Shown: positions 42,886 through 53,500 of the stretch, piece after piece
Layout of the letters: each line of letters opens with the position of its first letter
Numbering within the stretch: the stretch's first letter is position 1
Position numbers and translations under genes: made by a program
Source of the DNA: an uncultured Acidobacteriota bacterium
Lineage (GTDB): Bacteria > Acidobacteriota > Thermoanaerobaculia > Multivoradales > UBA5704
Length of the DNA stretch: 64,000 nucleotides
NCBI GenBank assembly: GCA_963700145.1
Contig: OY969474.1
Span: 1,696,001-1,760,000, forward strand
Reading direction: 5' to 3'
The notes under the pieces: generated by a model
Database searches by the model: none
The model's input: the letters and a program-made list of their open reading frames with translations, nothing else
Told to the model about the DNA's origin: nothing

Positions 42886-43380
42886 CTAGCTCGACAGCGC
42901 CTCGTTGAGATGCTTGGCCATCCGGTCGGCGACCTCGGTCGAGGGCGCCACCAAGTGGATCACCGTGCTTCCTTTCCGCAGCACGATCGTCGTCACTCCG
43001 GATTGCGGTGAGATCCACTTGAGGCCGCGATCCCCGACGCCTGGCAACGGCACCGCCATCGCAGTAATGCGCAGCTCGAGGGACTCCATGTGAGCGATCG
43101 CCTCCTGCTCGGTGGCGGCGGTGAACACCGCGACGGTCAGCGCCTGCTCCTCGTGCTGGAAGTGGTAGGTGACCGTCGCCTTTCCCATCGCCTTTCCCGC
43201 CGCCTCTCGGCGTTCCAGGGTCCAGGCGGGCTCTCGCGACCGCAGGACGGAGGCGGCGTCGAGCCGCCGCAGCTCGCCGCCACACGCGGCGTCAGCTCCC
43301 CAGAGGCAGCCGATCAGGAGGGCCAGAAGCGCTCTCGAGGTCCTCTCCGTTGGCCTGAGCATGAGCTCAACGCTGTCCAT
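42886..43380 (-). CDS. Small exported hypothetical protein
   Basis: ATG at 43380 overlaps the upstream stop; hydrophobic ALLALLIGCLWGADAAC leader. Confidence 0.65.
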   Translation of the reverse strand: MDSVELMLRPTERTSRALLALLIGCLWGADAACGGELRRLDAASVLRSREPAWTLERREAAGKAMGKATVTYHFQHEEQALTVAVFTAATEQEAIAHMESLELRITAMAVPLPGVGDRGLKWISPQSGVTTIVLRKGSTVIHLVAPSTEVADRMAKHLNEALSS

Positions 43381-44107
43381 TCTTCTCTTTCGGTTTTGTC
43401 GTTTCGATCCGCTTGAGCGACACCTGCGTCCACGCACCGGTCTCCGGATTGAAGCGATACCCGATCTGACGGCATTTGTCGTCAGTTGCCTTCGTTGTGA
43501 TCAGCAATCCGGCTCGGTCGGAGCTGACGTCCATCTTGCGGCTGTCGCAGAACTCGTCGGACCAGAGCGAGATCAGGAACTTCGCCTGCGGAAGGCGGGT
43601 CTCGAGCACCTCTCGTGTACCGCCGCCGGTCAGTTCCCTCGGCACAGGAAACACTCGGAGCTCAACGCTGCCCAGCTCGCCTTGCAGGACCACGACGTAG
43701 GTCGCTCCCGTACCGTCGTCGTGAACTACGTCGGCATCGAACCATGCCTCGGCCGCCTGGAGCTTGAGCTCGGTCGCGCGCCCCCTCCACAGAGTTTTCG
43801 CCGAGCGCGAATCGCCCAGCGTCGACTCGACCAGCACCAGCGGCGTCCCCTCGTACACCCCGGGTTGCTTGCTCATCGCGCTCCACGGGTCTCGGGGCGA
43901 CTTCGTAGCCTCTGCAGGCGGGGCGGCCGGAGCTTTTTGGCGAGACAGCGCCAGGACTCGAACCTGAGTGCCGTTCCAGTAGGCGATACCCGAGAGGAGC
44001 TCCAACCCTGCGGCCGGGTCAGCCGTTGCCGCCTCGGCTGCAGACGCTGCGACGGCGAGGTGGCTCACCAGGCCGAGCATTCCAAAAAGTGGGGTGAAGA
44101 CGCTCAT
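43367..44107 (-). CDS. Exported hypothetical protein (possible partner or immunity protein)
   Basis: GAGGAG RBS then ATG at 44107; signal peptide ending AVAASAAEA; directly follows the 2036-aa gene. Confidence 0.7.
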   Translation of the reverse strand: MSVFTPLFGMLGLVSHLAVAASAAEAATADPAAGLELLSGIAYWNGTQVRVLALSRQKAPAAPPAEATKSPRDPWSAMSKQPGVYEGTPLVLVESTLGDSRSAKTLWRGRATELKLQAAEAWFDADVVHDDGTGATYVVVLQGELGSVELRVFPVPRELTGGGTREVLETRLPQAKFLISLWSDEFCDSRKMDVSSDRAGLLITTKATDDKCRQIGYRFNPETGAWTQVSLKRIETTKPKEKNGQR

Positions 44108-44114
44108 CGCTGCG

Positions 44115-47100
44115 CTACTCCTCGCCAAAAGTCGCCTCCGGTAGATTTGCCGGAGTAAACACCAGCTCTTGCGCGCTCGGACTCTTCTTCCTGGCCAAAG
44201 GAAATGGAGGCTGGGCCACGCTGACCGTCATGATGCCGACGACCGAGGCACGTTCCCATGCGAGCTCGTCGGGGAAGGGCCCGTTGCCATACGACGGATC
44301 GTAGATCTGCCCGTTGCGGCGGACGATGAAGTGGTTTCTGAAGAAGGCCGGGGGATTCTGCGTCAGCTGGGCCGCAGCTCCCGGCTGATCGGCAACATCA
44401 CCAAACAGCGAGCCGAACTCGATCCGGTCCTCTTCATCGAACAGGAGGAACGGGAAGCGCGCGTTGAGGGAGGCGAGCACTCCTTCTGCCTCCACATCGG
44501 TCGCCGCGACCTGGGTATCGAGATTGCCGTTGCGGCCAGGGGTCATGCAAGTGGGCATCCCTTGACGCGAAGGGATGTCGTCTCCGGCTCGCGTCGACTC
44601 GCAGGTGTTGTCACTTCCGGGCAGGATATGTTTGCCAAAATTCCAGTCCCTGACCAAGAAAAACTGCGCCTCCGGGTGCACCGTTTGGTCGGGTTGTACC
44701 TGCACCACCTGGGAACCAGGGATGCCGAGCGCAGAGGCGGTCTTGTGGAGCAGGTTTGCCCACGCGCCGCAGCTACCGACACCGTTGAGGCTCGCGTCGC
44801 CGGGCGTCGGATTGATCATCTGGGTCATCAGCATGCATTGTGTGAACACGGGGACGTTGAGGGGATCTCCGCGTTCAAACCAGTAACGCATCACCTGCCC
44901 GTCCTCTTTGTTGAAGCCGTCGATCGCCTTGCGCCGGATGCTACGGTCGGCGAAGTCGCTCCAGATCCGCCCAAACGCATCGTCGGCGGCGGAGGCTCCT
45001 TCGGCGTTGCGGCAGCCGATGTCGAGCAGGGTCTCGTACAACGACGCGCCATCGATCGGATCGGCGAGTGTGACGTAGACGCGGTTGTCCGTCTTGCCCA
45101 AATCGGTCCAGGTCCCGCCATCGTCGAGCGAGATCTCCCAGCTCACTTCGAAGGGATCGAGCAGATCGATCGTGCTCGGCAGAGCACTGCCCGCGCGCAG
45201 GTCGTTCGCGACGATCCGGTCGCCTTGGAAGTTGGCGGTGGTGGCTGGAAATTCGATCCCCCCGGCGCCGTGCCCGCGGACCTGGATCTGGCCCGCGGCG
45301 TTGCCGGAAAAGGCGGCTCCCGCCTCGATCTCGAGCGACATCTCGATCGTGCTTCCTTTCACGTAACTCACCGGGAAGCGGCGGTCGCCGGAGTCCGCAG
45401 CGTCGCCGTCCAGGGTTTGCGAGTTGTCCTGCCAGTGCGGCGCGCTGTAAAGTCCGGCGTTCGAATCCTGGCGGACCGCGTGCAGGCCGTCGCCGCCGTA
45501 CCCCGCCTGCTTGATCGATCCGAGAACGATCACCTCGATCTCGTCCGTCTTGGGCGCGACGCTGCCGCATTCGCCGCAGCGGGCCGTCACCTCGGCCGTG
45601 TACGCACCCGGTTTCCCGTAGGCGTGGGAGGCCGACTGCCCCGTCGCCGAGTTACTCCCGGATTGCGGATCTCCGAAATCCCAGTCGTACTTGATGTTGG
45701 TGCAACTTCCCTTGGCCACGGCGGTGAAGACGACCGCCTCGTCCTTGGCGGCGATCCGTTTGTCGTCTTCGCCGTCCGCGGAGGCTTTGACCTCGTCGAT
45801 CGTCATCTCCTTACAGGTGCTGCCGTCACACCTCTGGCAGGAGCTGCACCTCGACACCGGCCGGCCACCTACACAATCGGTGCAACCGCCTGGGTGGCAG
45901 GTGTCGGTCAGCGGCGGTGGCGGCGGTACGCCGCCGGCCCAGCCGGCCTTGGTGATGCCGACGCCGGGATTCGAGCGCAAGAGCCGGCCGTCGGGTGTCA
46001 CCGTCGCGGTGCCGACCGTGAGGAACTCGCCGATGTCGTGGTCGAACGAGAAGAGATCGACCTCCGAGCCCGGCGGCAGCCCGATGTTCGGCAGCGTCAC
46101 CGCCGCCGGCGGATCGAAGCGCGTGCCCGGCGGCTGCACCGTGAACGCCACCGTGAAGTTCGAGCCCATCGGCGCGATCATCGGCACCTTGTCGGCGTGC
46201 ACCTGGGTGAAGGTGACGGTGCCGACCCTCGATCCATCGGGGAACGTCACCGAGTTTGGCGCCACCGTCAGCGTCGCCCCGGGGACCCCTTTCATCTGGA
46301 TCACCACTGCTTCCGGACCGCCGACCAGCTTCCCGCCTGCGACGTCGATCGGCAGCAGCCGGATCGGCATCCCCAAGCTGTTGTCCACGCCGCTGACCGT
46401 GGTGAAGTGGAACTCCAGGCGGGGCCAGGTCCCCGGCCGGCTCGTCGTCGTGCCGTCGACCTCGAGCTTCACCGTGCCCACGGGAACCCCGGCGATGCGG
46501 AAGCGGCCCTGCGCGTCCGAGACCGCCTCGAGGTCCGTGTCCTCGATGGCGAGCGTCACCCCCGGCACCGGATCGTCCTGGTTGTCCAGCACCAGACCCG
46601 CGACGGCTGTCTCGGCCTCGCTGCCTGGCACCGCTCCGGTGATCGCGAACGTCACCGGCAGCTCCGCCAATCCCTCGAACCCCGCCTCCACGAGGTTCAC
46701 GCCGACCCCCGGCTGCGGCCCCAGAATGAACGTGGCCGACGCGATGCCTTGTCCGTTGGTGACCTCGGTCACCGTCTCGGTCCCGGCGAAGGAGCCGCCG
46801 CCCGACACCACGCGATAGGTCACCGGCACCCCTTGCACCGGATTGCCTTGCTCGTCGAAGACCTGCGTCAGCAGGGGCTTGGGATAGGACGCCGAAACCG
46901 CCGCCAGCATCGCCCCGGTGTGATCGTCTCCGGCCGTCCGCACGATGCGGCGCGGCTCGGTCACCGTTGCCGAGGCGCAGAAGATCACCTCCCCAGGGAA
47001 GCCGGCCGAGGTGACCGTCACCTCGTGGTTGCCCGCGCCGGCCCGGCTGCCCAGGAACCAGTCCACCTGGGCCCGGCCCTGCTCGTCGGTCGCGACCGAC

Positions 47101-50100
47101 AGCTTGCTTCCCTCCTCGCCACCGCCCGCCACCTGCCCACCCCCGCGCGTCACCTGAAACAGCACGCGCCGGCCCGGCAGCGGGTTTCCGATGACATCAC
47201 GGAGCCGTACCACCAGCGGGTCCGCCAGCCGCTGTCCGGTCGGCCCCGACTGGCCGTCTCCCAAGAGCATCTCGATCCGCTGCGCCGCATCCGGCACCAA
47301 CGTCACCGCCACCTCGGCCGAGCCCTCGTTGCCTGCCGTGTCCGTCACGGTCACGCGGATGAGGTTCTCTCCTGGCTGCAGGAGCAGGTCGTCGTAGAAG
47401 AACGTCCGCAGCTCCGTCCTGGCGATAAAGCCGTTGACCTTCACCACCGGCGGGGCCACGTCGGCGTTGCTCGACAATGGATCGACGTACTCACCGGTGA
47501 CGGCGATCTGCGGCGAGGTCGTGACCAGCCCCGCACGGGGCGCGGCAATGACAACCCGCGGCGCCGCGGTGTCCCGCACGACGGTCACGGTGGCCGTGCC
47601 GATGCCGCTGCCCTCGCTGCGCGCAATCGCGGTCAGGGTGTTGCCGCCCTCGTGCAGAGGCACGTCCGCGACCACGAACACGCCGTCCTGGAGGATTGCC
47701 TCGATGTCGTTCACGGAGACCGAGTCGGCCTCGGGAGACACCGTGCCGGAGACCTCCACGGCAGAGGCTTGCGTCAGCTCGCCCTGGACCGGCGATTCGA
47801 TGACGAGGGAAAGCTGCAGCGAGATCTCGAAGAGCCGTTCCCGCTCCGCGCGGAATCCCCTCTGGTCCTCGATCGCCGCCTTCAAGGTGTGAAGGCCGGT
47901 GGTGAGCGGCGGCGGCTCGCAGGTGGCCTTCTCGAGCTGCACATCGCACCCGGCCGTCAAGTCCTGCCCGTCGAGGACGACGCTCAGCGTGGAGAGGTCG
48001 ACCCCGGAGCCCGGGTCCGAGTACTCCAGGACGATCTCCGGCGTGGCATCGCCGACGACCAGGCCGGCGGAGGGAGAGACGATCCGCAGCGCCGGCGGCG
48101 TACGGTCGAGCACGATCTCGAAGCTCGAGGCCGCCGTGGCGCGATGGCCTGCACGGTCGGCGATCTCTGCCGCGACCGCGTGCTGACCTTCCGCGAGCTG
48201 CGGCGGCTCGCAGAGTGCCGAGCTGGCGGTCACGGTGCACGAGCTCCGGATCGAGGTGCCGTCGACCTCGACCTCCAGGGTCGCCGGATCGACGCCCGAG
48301 GTGGCATCCGAGAAGTCGACGATGACGGCCGGCGTGAGGTCGCCTTCGACGAGTGGGCCGGGAGACGCGATGCGCAGCACGGGCGGGACCGTGTCGGTGG
48401 TGAAGCTCCATTCAGCCCGTGCCTCGTTGCCGGCGTTGTCCCGCAGCGCGATCTCGGCCGCGTGCACCCCGTCCGGCAGTGCCGACGGGGGCGACCAGCT
48501 CAAGCCCGAGGCGCCGACCTGCGCCCCAGCCGTCCGGTCCACCCCGTCCAGCACCAGCCGCACACTGGTCGGGTCCACCCCTGAGCCTGCGTCGAGAAAG
48601 CTCGCCGCAACGACCGGCGTGGCCGAGGACAGGAGGCTGCCGTTCGCAGGCACGAGCCCCGAGATGCTGGGCGGCGAGCTGTCCTCGCCCCCGGCTGTCT
48701 CGAAAACGACGACGAGCCTCGGGATCTCCCCCGTCAGGGTCTCTCGGGACCGGTACTCGATCAGCCCGCTCTCACCTTCCCCGGTCTTCTTGAGGATCCA
48801 GCCGTGATGAGGAGCACCGGCCAGGAAGGCCGCGAGGTCCGCCGTGACTTCATAACCGACCCAGCCGCTCAAGCCATTCGTATGGAGCACGCTCGCCGTC
48901 GTCACGGCCTCGTATGTGCCGCCGGCCCACTGCGGGTTGCAGTCGGCCTGCTGGTTGCCGGGGTTGGCGTCGCTGGCGCAGTTCCAGGTGGCGCCGGCCT
49001 CGGTCCATGGCGCCGTCAACCGGTGGGCATCGACGGTGCGGCCGGCACTGCCCCAGTTGTCTCCGTTCTGCGCGATGAAGAGCTCGAGATGGGCCGACCG
49101 CAAGGTGGCGCCTTGCAGCGCCGAGGCCATGGCCGCCGGATCGAAGCGCACGAGAGAGCGGTTCTTGCCGCTCTGGCGGACGCGCAGCAGGGCCTCGCTC
49201 CCTTGGTTCTGGTTCGGGGAGCCCTGGCGGAGGTCAGTGTCCGCGACAGCGGGGAAGGTCACCGTGTGCAGACCAGGTCCGACCAGGAGCTCAAAAGCGC
49301 GGGACGCTTGCGCAGCGTTCCCGGCCTGGTCCGCAAGAGTCACCTGCACCGCATGCGCACCCCCCGCGAGCGGCGGCGGCTCGCAGGTGGCGGACGCGGA
49401 GCCCGTCGTGCAATTCCCGGTGATGTTCGTGGCATCCACGAGCACCTGCAGGGAGGCCGGATTCACTCCCGAGCCACCGTCGGCATACTCGATGCGGATC
49501 TCCGGTGTCGTGTCGTTGATGACCACCGAAGGCGATGGTGCAGTGATCGCCAGCGACGGCGGCACTTCGTCGAACGTCGCGCTTTCCACCACCAGCACCA
49601 GCCGCGGTGCCCGATCGCTCGTCCCCTGCCGCGACCCGTAGTCGGCATTGCCGCTGGCCGTTTCGTCCGCCAGCTTGGCCAGCCAGCCGAAGTTGGAGGT
49701 CCCGGCGAGGAAGGCCCGTACGTCCGCCAGCACGTTGAGCTGCACTCGCCCGGACGTGGTGTTGGTATGGAGGACCGATTCGCTCGCGTCGGCCTCGAAG
49801 CTGCCGCCGGCCCACTGCGTCGCGCAGTTCGGCTGGCTGTTGGCCGGACTCAAGTCATCCGCGCAGTTCCAGGTGGCACCGCTCTCCGTCCACGCGGCCG
49901 TCACGCGATGGAGGTCAACCGTCCGTCCGGTTGACCCCCAACTGCCGCTGCCGGTCACGTACAGCTCGAGCGTCGCCGACGCCAGCGAGCCACTGCCCAC
50001 GGCCGCCGCGATCGCCGCCTGATCCATCCGCACGAGCGCGCGGTTGCTGCCGCTCTGCTGGACGCGCAGGACCGTCTCCTGCCCCTGGTTCTGATTGGGG

Positions 50101-50225
50101 CTGCCCAGCCGCAGGTAGGTGTCGGCCACCGCCGGGAGAGTGGACGTCTGCGCCTCGCCGCGAGCGACAAGGCCGATCCACAGGAGGAGACAGGCTGTCG
50201 ACGTCCTGTTCACACACCTCCCCAC
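44115..50225 (-). CDS. 2036-aa exported protein: two DNRLRE domains, Ig-like repeats, carboxypeptidase-regulatory-like domain, Cys-rich linker, PKD and a C-terminal transglutaminase/papain-like domain
   Basis: ADTYLR..SPNQNQG twice; YDWDFGD...HAYGKPGAYT (PKD); GSCGAW...RNHFIV...IYDPSYG. The start may be GTG at 50213. Confidence 0.85.
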   Translation of the reverse strand: MGRCVNRTSTACLLLWIGLVARGEAQTSTLPAVADTYLRLGSPNQNQGQETVLRVQQSGSNRALVRMDQAAIAAAVGSGSLASATLELYVTGSGSWGSTGRTVDLHRVTAAWTESGATWNCADDLSPANSQPNCATQWAGGSFEADASESVLHTNTTSGRVQLNVLADVRAFLAGTSNFGWLAKLADETASGNADYGSRQGTSDRAPRLVLVVESATFDEVPPSLAITAPSPSVVINDTTPEIRIEYADGGSGVNPASLQVLVDATNITGNCTTGSASATCEPPPLAGGAHAVQVTLADQAGNAAQASRAFELLVGPGLHTVTFPAVADTDLRQGSPNQNQGSEALLRVRQSGKNRSLVRFDPAAMASALQGATLRSAHLELFIAQNGDNWGSAGRTVDAHRLTAPWTEAGATWNCASDANPGNQQADCNPQWAGGTYEAVTTASVLHTNGLSGWVGYEVTADLAAFLAGAPHHGWILKKTGEGESGLIEYRSRETLTGEIPRLVVVFETAGGEDSSPPSISGLVPANGSLLSSATPVVAASFLDAGSGVDPTSVRLVLDGVDRTAGAQVGASGLSWSPPSALPDGVHAAEIALRDNAGNEARAEWSFTTDTVPPVLRIASPGPLVEGDLTPAVIVDFSDATSGVDPATLEVEVDGTSIRSSCTVTASSALCEPPQLAEGQHAVAAEIADRAGHRATAASSFEIVLDRTPPALRIVSPSAGLVVGDATPEIVLEYSDPGSGVDLSTLSVVLDGQDLTAGCDVQLEKATCEPPPLTTGLHTLKAAIEDQRGFRAERERLFEISLQLSLVIESPVQGELTQASAVEVSGTVSPEADSVSVNDIEAILQDGVFVVADVPLHEGGNTLTAIARSEGSGIGTATVTVVRDTAAPRVVIAAPRAGLVTTSPQIAVTGEYVDPLSSNADVAPPVVKVNGFIARTELRTFFYDDLLLQPGENLIRVTVTDTAGNEGSAEVAVTLVPDAAQRIEMLLGDGQSGPTGQRLADPLVVRLRDVIGNPLPGRRVLFQVTRGGGQVAGGGEEGSKLSVATDEQGRAQVDWFLGSRAGAGNHEVTVTSAGFPGEVIFCASATVTEPRRIVRTAGDDHTGAMLAAVSASYPKPLLTQVFDEQGNPVQGVPVTYRVVSGGGSFAGTETVTEVTNGQGIASATFILGPQPGVGVNLVEAGFEGLAELPVTFAITGAVPGSEAETAVAGLVLDNQDDPVPGVTLAIEDTDLEAVSDAQGRFRIAGVPVGTVKLEVDGTTTSRPGTWPRLEFHFTTVSGVDNSLGMPIRLLPIDVAGGKLVGGPEAVVIQMKGVPGATLTVAPNSVTFPDGSRVGTVTFTQVHADKVPMIAPMGSNFTVAFTVQPPGTRFDPPAAVTLPNIGLPPGSEVDLFSFDHDIGEFLTVGTATVTPDGRLLRSNPGVGITKAGWAGGVPPPPPLTDTCHPGGCTDCVGGRPVSRCSSCQRCDGSTCKEMTIDEVKASADGEDDKRIAAKDEAVVFTAVAKGSCTNIKYDWDFGDPQSGSNSATGQSASHAYGKPGAYTAEVTARCGECGSVAPKTDEIEVIVLGSIKQAGYGGDGLHAVRQDSNAGLYSAPHWQDNSQTLDGDAADSGDRRFPVSYVKGSTIEMSLEIEAGAAFSGNAAGQIQVRGHGAGGIEFPATTANFQGDRIVANDLRAGSALPSTIDLLDPFEVSWEISLDDGGTWTDLGKTDNRVYVTLADPIDGASLYETLLDIGCRNAEGASAADDAFGRIWSDFADRSIRRKAIDGFNKEDGQVMRYWFERGDPLNVPVFTQCMLMTQMINPTPGDASLNGVGSCGAWANLLHKTASALGIPGSQVVQVQPDQTVHPEAQFFLVRDWNFGKHILPGSDNTCESTRAGDDIPSRQGMPTCMTPGRNGNLDTQVAATDVEAEGVLASLNARFPFLLFDEEDRIEFGSLFGDVADQPGAAAQLTQNPPAFFRNHFIVRRNGQIYDPSYGNGPFPDELAWERASVVGIMTVSVAQPPFPLARKKSPSAQELVFTPANLPEATFGEE

Positions 50226-50286
50226 GAGAGCAGGCCTGGTTAGCCGTGTCAGGGACGAACTGCAAGAAAGGCAGGTTGCTGCAGCG

Positions 50287-50315
50287 ACGATAACAGGGCT
50301 TTAAGTGCTGGTCAA
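50287..50315 (-). promoter_or_regulatory. Sigma70-type promoter of the giant-protein operon
   Basis: TTGACC-17 bp-TATCGT with an extended TG, in an AT-rich intergenic stretch. Confidence 0.65.
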
Positions 50316-50388
50316 CGTAGAAAAATGCAAGACGATTCTAGATATTGAGATATCTAGCCTCGCATTTCGCAGCAGATTGTTGATTAAT

Positions 50389-50465
50389 TGGTGCGGCTGG
50401 GAGGACTCGAACCCCCGACCAAGGGTTTAGGAAACCCCTGCTCTTTCCACCTGAGCTACAGCCGC
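50389..50465 (-). tRNA. tRNA-Arg(CCT)
   Basis: GCGGCTG/CAGCCGC acceptor stem, GCTC/GAGC D-arm, TT-CCT-AA anticodon loop, TTCGAGT T-loop, encoded CCA; TATACT -10 upstream. Confidence 0.96.
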
Positions 50466-50506
50466 CCGGGCCAGTATAACTTGCCCTCTCCGGCCCGGGG
50501 GCCCTA

Positions 50507-53500
50507 CTACGGCCGCCTCTCCTCCGGCTCTGCCGGATGCCATCGTCCTTGTGGATCGCCGGTGAGGCTGAATGCGGCCCAGAACCTCGGATCGCGGTAG
50601 AGCGAGCCCCGCAAGAGCGCCAACTGCGCTTCGCGCAGAGCCTCGGCGGCCGAGGCGCCGGCGACGAGACGGCGGTAAAGCTCCTCCATGAGCACCGCCG
50701 CCGCCTCGTCGTCGATGTCCCACAGCGTCGAGATCACTCCCGGGCTGCCGGCGTCGAGCAGGGCCCGCGTCAGGCCCACGACCTCGTCCCCGCGGCTGCG
50801 CTCGCCGACTGCGCTCCGGCAGGCGGAAAGCACGACGAGGTTGACGCCCGAGAGGTCCAGATCCGTGAGGATCTCGTGGACTTCGAGGTTGCCGTCGCGT
50901 CCCCCTCCCGGCGCCAGCACGATGCGGCTGAACAACGGGTTGGCTGGATCGTAGATGCCGTGCGCCGCGATGTGCAGGAGGTCCACCTCCCCGGACAGCT
51001 CGGAGAGGCGATGTTCCGTGGCCTCGGCCCCGAGCAGCGGGCGGGTGCCGAGGAGCCGGGCGATGATCTCGGCCTCTCGCCGCGCCGCGGGGAGAGAGCG
51101 GAGCGCAGGATCGAGCTCTTCCGGCTCTCCCAGAACCAGCGCTCGGCCCTGGACGGGGGACTCGAGCTGGCGGAGGAATCCGACCGCGCTGGCGCTCGGG
51201 GCATAGGTCAACGTGTAGTCCTCGAGCAAGGAGCGTCCTGTCTGCGGGTCGCGCAACGCGGCGAAAGGGAGGTAATGCAGCTCGCCGTGCGGGACCACGA
51301 TCAGCCGCCGGTGCCGGAGGTCTCCACGCAGCGGAGCGACGAGCTTTTCGTAGAGCGCCTCGGGCCGGACGATTTCGCCTTCGCAGCGGGGGTCGAGAGG
51401 TCTTGCGCCTCGGCCTCCGCCTTGGCGCCTCAGCTCGTCGATCCAGCATGCGGCGTTGCGGAGATCCTCGGCGCCGGCGGGCAGCACCACGTGCCGGAAG
51501 GTCTCCCTGTCGAGCACCCAGGCATGGACTTGGGACGCGACGAAGTAACTGATGAGACTGGTGCCAGGGGCAAGGCTCTCGCGCACCGCTTGGAGCCGCT
51601 GTGGCTCGAAGTGGGTGGGTGGCGCCGCGCCACGTCCCGTCACTTTGAGCCGCACCAGGAGCGACTGGTAACGCTCCCGAGCGCGGCCGAGGTCGGCCGT
51701 CAGCCGTGCCCGCTCGCCGGCCGGAGCGGCGAGGAGCCGCTGCTCCGAGTCCTGGATCTGCGCCCGCAGGTTCCTGGCATCCGCCGCGAGCTGCGAACCC
51801 GCGTACCCCGGCTCGAGTCGCGGGCTGCCGAGGCCCTGGAGGAACGCCCGCGAACGTGCGCGTTCGGCGTAGTCGAACGCGTCGGCGGGCCGGCCTTGCC
51901 GTACCAGCAGATCGATGAGATCGGCGAAGAGGGTTTGCTTGTCACTGCCCAGATAACCGGCTACGAACTCCTCGAGTCGTACGTCGGCAACGGTCTGCTC
52001 GACGGCAGCTACCGCCCGGGTGAGGTGATCGATGGCTTCCTCGTCCTTGCCTTCCCTGCCGTAGGATCTGCCGATCATCGCCAGCAGACCGACCTCCAAA
52101 TCGCGGCGCGGCGCGGCGGCCAGCGCCGCTAGCCACGGCTCGCGCGCCGCCGCTAGCTCGCCGCGCTGGTAGTGGGCGTAACCTTGCACGAAAAGCGGTA
52201 GGACTTGGAGATCGACTAGTCGCGTCTTCTCGCCAGGCAGGGCCGGCTTCCCCGGGGCCGCGGGGTTCCCGGCAGTCATCTGAGCGAGCTCCGAGAACAC
52301 TCCGAGCAGGAGTTGTCCCTCCTCCCGGGACACGATCTCTCGCACCTCGGGAAGCGCCAGTGTCGCCATCAGCGCCTCGCTCACTTCGCTTGCCGACCCC
52401 TGATCCGTTCGGAACCGCTCGATTGCGGCCAGCAGCTCGACCCACCCACCGAGCAGGCGCGAACCAATCTGCTGAGCCAGCGCACGCGCCTTCTCCAGGG
52501 CGGCACTGGCACTGGCACGCGCGTCGAAGCGCGCGTAAACCTGGGACAGGTCAAGCCAGGTCCGCGCTTCGTCGTCGGGTGCATCGGCGGTCTGGAGAAG
52601 CTGGACCGCGCTTTCCAAATGGGCAGCCGCTTGTTCGGGCTGCTCCGCCTTGAGCGCGAGGCGCGCCAGCTGCTTGTAGACGAACGCCTGCCAGCGCAGA
52701 TTGCCCGCGGCACGGGCGAAGAACAGGGCCTCCCTGAGGGTGTCTGCGGCTGCGGCGCCTTGCCCGCCGAGCGAGAGCGCCCTGGCACGCAGCACCAGGG
52801 CCGAGAACTCTGCGGTCGGCTCCCCGCCGCGGGTGACGGCGAGTGCGCGCTCGCTCAGCGGGAGAGCCTCTTCGGGGCGCCCGCTCGCGATCTCGATCTC
52901 GATGAGAAACGCCAGGATCTCCCACGTGCGCGCCGCGCTCGCCCGGCCGAGCGCTTGGCGGAAGATCCCCCTCGCCTCGTCGAGCCGCCACTGGCGCCGG
53001 CGCAGATCTCCCAGGATGATCGCCAGCTCCTCCTCGAACATCCCGCCGAGGCCATCCGAGAGCTCGCGGGCGCGCGACAGCTCGAGCTCGGCCTCTTCCG
53101 CGCTGCCGGTGTCGAGGAGCGCCACCACGGCCGCTTTCCGGGACATGGCCTGCGCGACCCGCAATAGCGTCGGCTTGGCTGCTTCAGGGCGCAGCCGGAA
53201 CTCGCGCAGGAGATCCGGCGGCATCGCAAACCACCTGCCCAGGTACTCGAGACCTTGGGGAGCGAAGCGCGCGGAAGAGGCCTTGACCTCGCTCAGCAGG
53301 CGCAAGGCCTGGCGGTGGTGCGCGAGAGCCTGCTCGGGCCGCCTCTCAGTTCGCTCGATGAGACCCAGCGGCCAGAGCGCCATCCAAGCGCTGAAGCGGT
53401 CCCCCTGCGTCTCGAAGAGCTCGGCGCTCCGCTCGAAGTCGGAAGCCGCGGCGCGGAGATCCCCGGCGCCGAGCTCGGCGGCGCCCAGGAGAAACAGGGA

